From contig OZ260665.1 of the NCBI GenBank assembly GCA_965285935.1, forward strand, positions 34,844,001 through 34,908,000: a stretch of 64,000 nucleotides of DNA, written 5' to 3'. This document shows, in pieces, positions 1-10,253 of this stretch. Source of the stretch: Ophelia neglecta (Eukaryota). The position numbers and the translations under genes were made by a program. The notes below the pieces were generated by a model. The model was not told the DNA's origin. It saw only the letters and a program-made list of their open reading frames with translations, and did no database searches. Position 1 is the first letter of the stretch. The number at the start of each line of letters is the position of its first letter.

Positions 1-2253
1 CATTGGACATAGGGTAAATTTCAAGTTAAGGGTAAGGGTTAGTGTTTTTTGCTCCATATTTTATTGTTGCTCCAAAACCTTAGGTTCCATATAGGCCTAA
101 ACCCATCTCTACATTTCTGCATTATGAAAAGAGCTGATATGCATTTAGAGAGATATTCAGCAACACCACTTTAAATTGTGGTCACCTTTTCTTCCCTAAC
201 AAGGGACAGTAACTCATGCATCATGCAGGTATGTGAATTTGGTTTGAAACACTGATATCAAAGATTTGACTCTTCTTTGTGCAGGCAGTCACTGCGCTTG
301 ATGAATTGGCTGAATCTTCTGCTTCGGAAGCCAACTTGTTGTGCCTGGATGAACATGCTTACCAAAATTAAATGGACTAGTTGAAAAACACTGTAACTGA
401 TTGGAGGCCACTGCCATTGAAGGTAGACAGGTATAGCACACCTTTGAGAAACCTTACATATGGATGGCAATTTTGATATACCAGTAAACAGGAACTGAAA
501 TCAGATTTAAAATTGCTGTTGTGAATAAAGCATGTTTTTGTCACTAGCAGACATCTTTTGGCATACCAGACATCAATACACAGTCATATTCTCTTCAACA
601 TAAAGTGCAATTTACCAGGCCTGCAATTGCCAACTGAACATAGTTTGGATTCAAAGGAGGGGATAAGCTGATGAAATATGCCACACATTTATTTGGCAGG
701 AGTCAATAATCAATATGTACTGTTGATTATTTACTAGAATAGTTGTACCAACAATATCACAAGTTTCTGCACCTTGATAATGCTGGCCAAAATGCTCAAC
801 ATTGCCCACACCTGTGTCAGACCAGCCCCATCTTCATACACTTGCTTCACTGAACCCTGTCTTTGAGCAGTGTAAAAGAAATATGCGTATCTATACAGTA
901 GACTGCCTGGCCTTTAAATTCCTTTTATGTTAAAATCTAACAAAGAAGTCAAGTCATGGTCTTCCTTTCTTTACATCAAGGTAACGAGTCATCATTACAA
1001 AACCAACGGCCGGGAATGTGTGCCTGCCTTCCTCAAACTGACTGCTGCGGGTCAATACTGTTAATAAACTGCTCATATGGTCCACAAAGGATTATATAAA
1101 AATGCCCATATATATGTGTTCTCCAATGGCTTGCAAATTGGCCATTCATCCTGGTTTATTCTATGATTAGAGCTAGGAGGGTACAGTTTGGTATTAGGAA
1201 TTTAAGACTTATCAAGCTTCACGCTCATAGTGGCACAGGTAGAGTAAAAAGGAGAGGGGGGCTTCTTATTCAGGAGATTAAAACAGACTTATTAACAGTA
1301 ATCACAATTGGAGGATAAGTAGGATATGAGTGTCTTTCCCAAAATTGTGCTTAAGGTAAGATGACCTTATTGGTGAAACTGCAGCAGTTTCAAAGACCAA
1401 GTTTCATTTCATTTTGAAAGTATAAAAACATTTTAACTGGTTAAAGAAACCTTTTCATACATACCAAAAAGAAATACTGAATAAAGTTTTAATGCTTTCT
1501 TTGTACATAAAAATGATTGGAATATAACAACTTTTAATATACTTACAATAATTAAGTATCACATATTTTTTCACCAGTCAAAATGTTTCTAAACTGCATT
1601 GAAAATTGTACAATAATTAATTACTATTAGCGGATTTACAGAAATACATTACAATGCAGATTTTGTAGTTCCAGAAGGAATGCACAGTGGAATTTATTCA
1701 TGGCCCCCTTTTAATACTAAGAGCCACATTTGGTATAGTTTTGTATAAGAATGTTCAGCACATGCTAATAAAACATACCATTAATGAATGTTCAGTTAAT
1801 AAACATATTATATCATTCTGTGACACAATGCATCAAATTTTATCTTTAAGATACAATATCAAACAAAGCATTAAATTCAATTATATTAAAAACTATAGGC
1901 TTCCAAACAGTGACAGAATATTGGTTGCGTAAACATGTCACCTTTTGGTTAAACCATTACCCTAATAGTATAACCTTAAAATTAACTTTATTTTTATAAT
2001 CATATGTATCAATGATACTATATACATTTTTTTGTCTTAAATTCATTAAAACTGTGATCAGTCAGTTTTTTTCCAGAAGGCCAACCAGTTATCTTAACAG
2101 GGGTTAATCTACTTTTTCTTTGACACCGGAAGATTCCCCATCTCCCATCCTCCCATGGCTCCATCATCACCCATAAGATATCATACGCGAATGAAAATTA
2201 TAAAATATGTCAATCTTCCTTTTAAAGAAAAGTAAATAAGCCTAATCTCTCAC

Positions 2254-2620
2254 CTTATATACGAAAACAAAACTCGTATCTGGTACTCCAACAAGCCTTG
2301 CTCATATATTCCAGAAGTTCAAATGTATTTCTAGGATTGTAAAGTTATGCCAGCCACTGCACGCCACACCTCCAGAACCTCGGTCGACAGTACAACACAG
2401 ACTCCCTGTTTTAGATGGGGATCACCACTATGAAGACTTGTCAACTATCGTCATGCCGGCTTCTCCTGCAACGTGCTTTCTACAGCAAAAATAGTCCATT
2501 GACTGGCATTTGGCGACAAAACCGGTTTTTCCGCACCGCTAGCACTGAATGAATTTCTCTCGTATACTTTAGCGCTTAAGGTGTTGTGACCTGGTGTAAG
2601 ACTTGCGGAAAGTAACGTGC
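2254..2620 (-). promoter_or_regulatory. Candidate promoter and non-coding first exon of a gene running off the left edge
   Basis: CpG-containing patch next to a strongly CpG-depleted 1-2100 region; minus-strand donor AAG|GTGAGA at 2254. Confidence 0.35.
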
Positions 2621-5101
2621 TTCAGTAAGCTTTAAAGTAGTTCTTATTCCATTCACCAGGTGGATTCCTGCCTAACATAAAGGAAGAAGGAGACAACACC
2701 GTGCTTATATATTAAGTAACGAAAGGTGTAGGACATTCGGAAAAAGAATTGCACCACGAGATATTAATATAAGATATTGGCGCCAAAATAGACCATTGAT
2801 GTAAGCTATAATCTAGTTGTAGGAAGTTAAAGAAAGTAGTATGTAAAGACTGTTAAATAGTAACTTCTCTATCTTTGGACGGACTGTTTTCTTTTGTTAA
2901 GATCAATCAAAGGCCAAAGCTACTCAGAATTACAAATACCATGTGGAAAAAAGCTTTGTTTCTTGTCTGCCAATATTAATCGATTAATGGGAAAAACCAA
3001 TGAAAGGAAACGATAAACGGAGCCACACACCCCAAAGGTCCATGAATAAATCAGATAAGTAAATCAACAAATTACGATGTGCATGGATCAACGAAACGGA
3101 TAAACACAGCATCATACAAAGGAAGGCTATACGTAACAATGTATCAGCGCCAGAGCAGTCGAGCCACAGATGAAACCTCGATACTGACAATGACTGACGA
3201 GCCCTCTATGAATATCCGGGCGACAAAACAAAATCAGTTATCAGGAATAATCTATTGAAATCAGTCCGAAAAAACGAATGGACCAAGAGATCAATGTACA
3301 GACTATACCAATATAATAAACATTTTATATAAACAACGGGTCAATGAATTATCAGATAAACGCATCAAAGCGTCAACGGGAAGAAACGAAACTTAAGCAT
3401 AAACGCTTCAACGAATTAACAGATCAAGGAAATTATGTATCATCGAAATAGCGAATCGACAACGCAACGAAGCAGTGAGAACTGATGCCAACAGGTAAGT
3501 CATTAATGTTGCGTTTTGTTTTGCTTGTGTTTTTTGGGGAGGGGGGGGGGGGGCGGAAGGGGGAGGCGGTGCACACATTACCGACTTTATATATCAAAGA
3601 AGCAAAGGGTAAACAGATCAGTGAATCAGCACATAAACTTAAATTAACGCATTGAATTAAGAAATAATGAAGTAATTTTATATGCGCACAAATCTGACTA
3701 CAATCTGGACATACGAAACCTTCATGTAGGCTACGTTTGCGTGCGGTCGTACACCAAATTCCATAGTATAATACACTGTTTAAGGCTCGGATATACTACA
3801 GCGTGCCAGTTACCAGCACACAGTTATATAGTTTCAGTCCCATTCACTATAGAACAATAACAGGTTTAAACCAATAACTACTTATGTACCTTAAGCTTTT
3901 AGATTCTCTTAATCTCATCATCACGGCCTCGACCGTGGATAAGAATATAAAAGCTTAACAGTTATGCAACTTTCTGGCGACATATTAATCCATTGCCGGA
4001 TTCGTTGGCGTAGAAGGTTAATACTTTAGAAATATGTGTTTCCTTGGTTGTGTGTTGTGATTTGGAGATTGGTTCACAGGTAAGATCAAGATGCAGGATC
4101 GGGATAGCAGAGCTGTCTACAAAATAACTGTTCTGCCGAACTGGTTATAGACCACTGGCCAGCGATCACTAGCAAACATTGAGTAAGGCCATATCAACCA
4201 AAACTGGATTCTAAGACACTTCTTTAATATAAGCTTGACAATAATATACATAATATTACAAGCACAGGCACAAGTTAATAACTGCATGGGTGTATCTAGA
4301 AAAGAGATAAAAGAGCCTCGGATCAAATTATATGTATCATCTTTATGTCGTCTAAACATTATACCGCAAGTAGATCTTTGAGTAAACACAGTATAGTTAA
4401 AAAGTAATACGTGTATTGTTTTTTTTTCCAAAATCCACCCCCCCCCCCGCTCCCCTCCTCAACCTATCTCCAACAAAAGGGAGATTATCCATGTGAAACT
4501 AAATACAGTAATCGGGAAGACCGCACACCCATACACACACCCCCTCTGATAAAAATACATAAATTTGCAATTGATTTGATCTTCTGCACAGGACAGACAG
4601 TTAGAACTGGTGCATTTACAACCATATACAGTTAACAATCCTTCGCACTACTTCAGTCCGTAGTTACATGTACATGTGCTTACTACGCGAACTACCCAAA
4701 TGCTACTTTTTGGCCACAATCCAAATTCAAGAATGTGTTACAGTCACTACGTATAAATGGTACGGGCTGAACGAGGACGAACGCAAGGCCAACGTAAATC
4801 AATACGTGAGTTCAACGTATGGTAAACGTGATCGTCTGCGGTTTCGCAGTTATAGAAACAAATCAACGATAATCATTCGTTTTTTGTATGTTTATGCAAC
4901 GTTCAATGAAACGCAGAGCAGACGTTTTCACTGTTTGGTATATAAAGGTATGGTGTTTTGTTAAATGCTTCATTTCACTTTTGGATATTGTCCGGACACA
5001 AAGTGTAATCACACCGGGGAACAATCAAGCCTGACGGTATTTTAAAAGCATCAAAACAGGAGTGACTAATCGTAGTGGATGAAGGAAATTGTCTTTCGGA
5101 A

Positions 5102-6820
5102 ATGCCTCGAAATGTTTCTCCGTTGAATGATACGTTTGGGAATTTAAGAAATATCGCCCGAACCAAAAGGAAAGCTGAGAAACCATCACCGATCAGATCG
5201 GAAAGAGAACGGTTATTGGAAGGGAAGGCGAAAAATGAATACGCCGGAGAAAATCAGAAGACAATGAGGCCCCTACATCACAGCCGCGGATGGAAATCAG
5301 AGTTGTTTATTTGGAAAAAGAAGTTAGAGAAAGAAGGAAATAGTCACATGTCAGTCTCACAGCTAGTTCAGTTACAGAAGAGGAAAATCAAAGAAAACGC
5401 CAGCGAAATGTTAGCAATAAAGAAACGAAGACTGGAGAGAGAATGTCAAGTTGAGGCCAGGAGGGAAGAGAAAGAAAGGAACTCTCAAATATCAGAGGAC
5501 CAATTCTACGACAAGTGGCACCAAATGGAAGAAGGTTTCTTCATGGGCCAGGTTAAACTGAGGTCTGAACTGAGAAGGAAGCAGGGGAGAGGTAAACCGA
5601 TTGATTATCTGTCTCTGTATTTAAATATTATAAAATCAAATAGTGCTGAACATATTCCTTCACAACTTTCTTCTGGCCCTTTGAAGTACATAAATAATAT
5701 GTCGCGCATTGACTTAGAAGATCTCGATGAAGATATAAAAGTATACAAGCAAGTGGATCGAGGGGTAAATGATGACTTGTGGGATATCATCGACTCAGTA
5801 GTAACAGTTAAGTTACAAGATGGTGTGCCAGGTCGGGTGTTGAACCAAGAAGTACAGAAGCTAGTAAGGCAAAGGTTCGAAACAAGAACAGAAGGCGAAC
5901 TACTCACACTGCAGCAAAAAATACAGATGAAGATGACAAGTTCCGATGTTGATGTGTCCCACTGGGAGGCAATATCCTGGTATCTTCAGAAAGCATTAGC
6001 AGAGAAGAGACTACTGAAACTTCACCTTCAATACATAAGAAACCAAAAAACTGTTATAACTCATCAGTGTCAGTCAGTAGCAGCACCAGATTTAGAGCTA
6101 TTGGAGACGGGAGAATCTGTTAATATAAGAGAAACACGTCGTTCCAGTGGTATCGACTGGGCTTATTATCATCATGAAATCTTGAAAAACAATGATCGAT
6201 ACCCAATTTCAGGTGGCGCTTTTTCAGACGAGGTGGGCAAATTAGAAAGTCCGCCCCCTGTCGAGAAGAAAAGCATACAACAGCCATCCATCAACGCTCT
6301 TGAGGAGGATATAGATAAGACAATATTGGAAGAAGCCAGAAAAAAGGTCATCGAACAACTGAAAAGAAACGGTGACTGTGTACACACAGATGATGTGGAA
6401 AAGGGTCAGACCTCACTTTTTGACAGTCCTTGTTTTAAGCCTCAGAAACCACGTTTTTCCAATAAACTGGAGACTGGATTTACCTGGAACAGGTACAACA
6501 GAACTCATTACGATCGGGACAATCCACCTCCTAAGATGGTGACAGGCTATAAATTCACGGTGTTTTACCCGCACCTTCTCGACAAGTCTATCATGCCTAG
6601 CGTTTCTGTCAAACCTTTGGACCGTGACCCGGATATGGATCCTTCACAGCCTGATTTGGCTGTTCTCCATATTAGTGCTGGACCTCCTTACGAAGATGTC
6701 GCCTTTAAGGTTGTCAATAAGGATTGGGATACGTCCCGAAGGAGTGGGTACCAGTGTACTTTTAGAAACGGCGTCTTCAAACTGTGGTTCAGATTCAGAC
6801 GTTTGCGTTATCGACGGTGA
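5102..6820 (+). CDS. CACTIN: Cactin-like spliceosomal protein, single-exon (572 aa from first ATG; ORF open from GTG at 5075)
   Basis: Cactin_mid-like segment (FIWKKKLEKEG...KKRRLERE...QVKLRSELRRKQGRGKPIDYL) and C-terminal CactinC domain (KPRFSNKLETGFTWNRYNRTHYDRDNPPPKMVTGYKFTVFYP...AGPPYEDVAFKVVNKDW...LWFRFRRLRYRR*), the characteristic cactin terminus. No introns. AATAAA at 6898-6903. Confidence 0.93.
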   Translation: MPRNVSPLNDTFGNLRNIARTKRKAEKPSPIRSERERLLEGKAKNEYAGENQKTMRPLHHSRGWKSELFIWKKKLEKEGNSHMSVSQLVQLQKRKIKENASEMLAIKKRRLERECQVEARREEKERNSQISEDQFYDKWHQMEEGFFMGQVKLRSELRRKQGRGKPIDYLSLYLNIIKSNSAEHIPSQLSSGPLKYINNMSRIDLEDLDEDIKVYKQVDRGVNDDLWDIIDSVVTVKLQDGVPGRVLNQEVQKLVRQRFETRTEGELLTLQQKIQMKMTSSDVDVSHWEAISWYLQKALAEKRLLKLHLQYIRNQKTVITHQCQSVAAPDLELLETGESVNIRETRRSSGIDWAYYHHEILKNNDRYPISGGAFSDEVGKLESPPPVEKKSIQQPSINALEEDIDKTILEEARKKVIEQLKRNGDCVHTDDVEKGQTSLFDSPCFKPQKPRFSNKLETGFTWNRYNRTHYDRDNPPPKMVTGYKFTVFYPHLLDKSIMPSVSVKPLDRDPDMDPSQPDLAVLHISAGPPYEDVAFKVVNKDWDTSRRSGYQCTFRNGVFKLWFRFRRLRYRR

Positions 6821-6897
6821 TTTGCAATCTGTCCAGATATAATGACCTAACCTCATTATTATTCAATCGTATACTCAGATAATTCGCCATTGCAAAA

Positions 6898-6903
6898 AAT
6901 AAA
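6898..6903 (+). promoter_or_regulatory. Candidate polyadenylation signal of cactin
   Basis: AATAAA 78 nt after the stop codon, inside an A-rich run (aaaaaataaaaa). Confidence 0.5.
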
Positions 6904-7979
6904 AAGAATCACGTAGCCGAACTAATAATTAACGACCATTCATTATATCCAGCTTTGCAGTCAATGTTTTCTTGGCGATACACTAAGCCTATATCATATT
7001 TTCAAATACAAAGGAGGAAAACTAATTCTACAATATTATATTTATTGATCTCCTACCAGTTTATTTATAAAATCATCGTCATCTTAAAGTTCCATAATAA
7101 TTATAACTCCTTACACTTTCTAAAATATTTTACACGGGTTTTAACTATATAAATTACTAAAATGATGAATATATGAGAACATTTAATTTAGCGTTCGATC
7201 ATCGTACTGGTATGTAACAGAAATAAATATTATTAACACAAATAAGAAATAGAATCAGATATTTTATTCAACACTATGGGAAGAGACACTAACAAATGGT
7301 CAAAGAAACGAACTGTGATCAACATTTAAATCAATTACGTTAGAATATTAATTCATCTGCATAGTTGAGAAAATATCTCGTCATCACCCGACCGATATAT
7401 ATTGCTAAAACACTGTTATCCTCAACCCAATCAACATCTTTAATAGTGGCGAAACAACACGGAAAAAATGGAAATGGTCTTCAACAATTTGGATAGTCAA
7501 TTTTGCATCAACGTTCACCATTTTCCCGGATAATGCAGTAATATCACGATACAAGTGTTCAGAGTCTTATTCAAATGAAAAGAAAACTGCTGATATATAC
7601 GCACTTGCTCAATCAATTTATACACGAATGTTAAATAAAATGCTGTAAGGAAACGTGCACCATTTGTAACCCGGTGGTAGTTGAAGAACTAGATACACAA
7701 ATATATTTAGCCCGTAGGAAAAGCTTATACAATATAGGTGTTATCACGAGGAGGCGCAGTGAAAATGTGTACACAGTTTAGCATGAATCGATGACAATGG
7801 TGAAAAAAGTTATCAATACTCTGTACAACCATTCAATGCAGTACAATCTATTTACAAAATATTAATATATATATGAGATAGAAGAATTGTACAATGCTTG
7901 AACCGTGTAAAAACAAACAACGAGTTAACATGAGAGCACATGAGAACAAGTTTAAATGCAAAGTGCATCCTCTAAACAT

Positions 7980-8012
7980 TTATATATATATATATATTTA
8001 TATATACATATA
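7980..8012. repeat. (TA)n microsatellite in the probable TRPC 3' UTR
   Basis: tatatatatatatatatttatatatacatata. Confidence 0.8.
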
Positions 8013-9684
8013 GACAAAGCGTTCATTTGTACAGTCAGGCGGGCATTGGGCGGTTAATACATATACTTACTGCCACGTGCCACAGCCGGTCATCTTGCAG
8101 AGATATCAACCCCCTAGTAATACAATAAATGATCAAAAATTAAACAATCGTATCACCCTCGTGGTACTGAATAATTTACCTATGCTAGGTGGACACGAAA
8201 CAATTTGCAAGAAATGTATTATAGAAAGCATTGCATGCACACGCTTTGCTACTGAGATTGCTCAAGGTGAATACATTTAATTTAAAGTGTTGAGCATGAC
8301 GATTTGGAATTGTGAAGTTCTATGTGGATACGATTCTTAGATATATGGTTGTTTTTTATATAGGATTTCAGCCTTTTCAATATCATGACATTGCTCTCGT
8401 TAAATACTATACCATTTTATGATATGTGTAAATCTTCAATTGTTTGAACCCCTTATTATGATGCTTTTCAAATTTCGATACACCAATTAATGAAAGAGAT
8501 TCAGCAATATAGCATGGGAAGTTTATGCCTCACAAAGTTGGTCGAGCTGAAATTTATTAAATTGGTGAAAGCGAAACTAAACCATTATATGTTAAAGTTA
8601 CCTAACACGCTCACATTAGCAGAAAAATGCAATTTTACCACATTTGAAGGCTTACATATTAATCTATAGTAATAAAAAACTGCTTTAGCTGTAAGCCAAG
8701 GCAAAACTAGCACACGTAACAAACAAATAAAAAGTTAAGGCTAAATCTTATTTAATTAATAGTGTATGAACATTTACAATACACAAATTACTTTATCATT
8801 TATAATCAAGAATCACGCGTGATTTATTCGGAGGAAATCACAGATTTTAGCGACGTCAATCCACAGAGACCCTCAAAGTCGGTCAAATGTCACACCCAAA
8901 ACACAATATACTTAAAATATCCTATTCTCTTACAGTTAGGAAAGAGACTCTCTTCAAACACTCGTGTATTATTCTCCAACAGCTAAACCCTATAACACTA
9001 CAGACGCGCTTAAATACAGGACGATAAAATGTCAACGCATCATAATAGTAAAAGGTCCACAGGTCTACCTCTGGCAAAGTTCACATGACTACTTTTACTA
9101 CGAAAGCGTATTAATATATTCTCAAAGTGAGGGCAAATGAAATTGATCACTCCAAAACATGCTATAAAAGAACGGCTGTATGTTATCCATGGTGACACTA
9201 GAATGACTGTTCTACCTGGTGATACTTCGCAATGGGGCACAACTCACCCCTTTGCAGGTGAATGATAAAGATGAAAAGGACATTGTATATTTTCAATGCA
9301 TAAATTTCATATTTGCTTGAAATGACTATTGATGGTGACTTTAAATTCCGAGTTTTGGTGGTCCTCTAGCTAGTTATCTGTGGATAAAGACACATTTGAC
9401 GTTGGTGAAGTATCCACCTCCGAACAACCAATGTTATAACACAACATCTACGATCAATAGGCACATGCGGATCCCTCATCCCTGGGGCCAAGTTCATTCC
9501 TAACATTTCCTCCAACAGTAGGTTCTGTGGGGTTTGTAGTTATTAATAACCTCGTCTCCGTACGTCAACAGGTCTGAGAACCAACCTCACGAGCTCAGTG
9601 ATACACCCGTACGAACTTGTTTACTTCCCGACATCGGTGCCAGTCAACAAAGGAGTTGTTTTATCCTGTCTTAAGCAAGGACCA

Positions 9685-10253
9685 TCACACATGTGAGGTC
9701 TCCATGTCGGTGGACATGAGGCCACGGTTGCTGGTACCTTGCTCTGAACCGCTGGAAGCCGGCTGGCCTTTGGCGTTCGTCTCGGCAGACTTTTTGCGGG
9801 CTGGCGCCTGTATCTGGAAGGTATTTTTCTCCCGGTGGTGTACCGTGATGCTGAGCGAGCGCACCTCTTCTTGTATGGAAGCGAGTACGGTTACCACCGT
9901 GCTGAGAGCTTTCTGGTTCTCAGACATGACACGTCGGATGTGCTCGATGTCGTCTTTCGTCTTCTGATCCTCCTTGGAGTTGGACTGGACGTGTTGGAGT
10001 CGGACGTCGAGCAGTTTGAGGGAGCGTTGGATAGCGTCCAGCTGCGGTATGGAGAGCAGCTGGACCTGCGGGGCGTTTTGACCTATGGAAGGGCGGCGGG
10101 CGCGAGTGGGTCGCAGACCGCCGCCCGGTCGTAAGGACATACGCCGCCGCATGTTGGGCCTGCCGCTATCCGAGGAGGGTGGGAGAGGAGGGGCCAAGTA
10201 GCCGGACTCTTGACCGTAAGATGGCGGGGGAGCATCGTCCCCCTCTCCCTCGT
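9685..10253 (-). CDS. TRPC: TRPC terminal coding exon: Pro-rich segment, coiled coil, ends ETSHV*
   Basis: ttttcag acceptor, phase-1 join, GC-rich coding composition, heptad-like segment [15 protein letters not shown]...[14 protein letters not shown] at 9687-9685. Confidence 0.82.

Noticed and set aside
2985-3700. AACG/AATC-rich strand-biased tract upstream of cactin
   Set aside because: No definable repeat unit or ORF; probably decayed low-complexity sequence.
5605-6856. Short ORFs overlapping cactin on the minus strand or in another frame
   Set aside because: Shadow ORFs with no recognisable motifs.
9617-10134. Plus-strand ORFs of 116 and 99 aa
   Set aside because: Antisense shadows of the GC-rich TRPC last exon.
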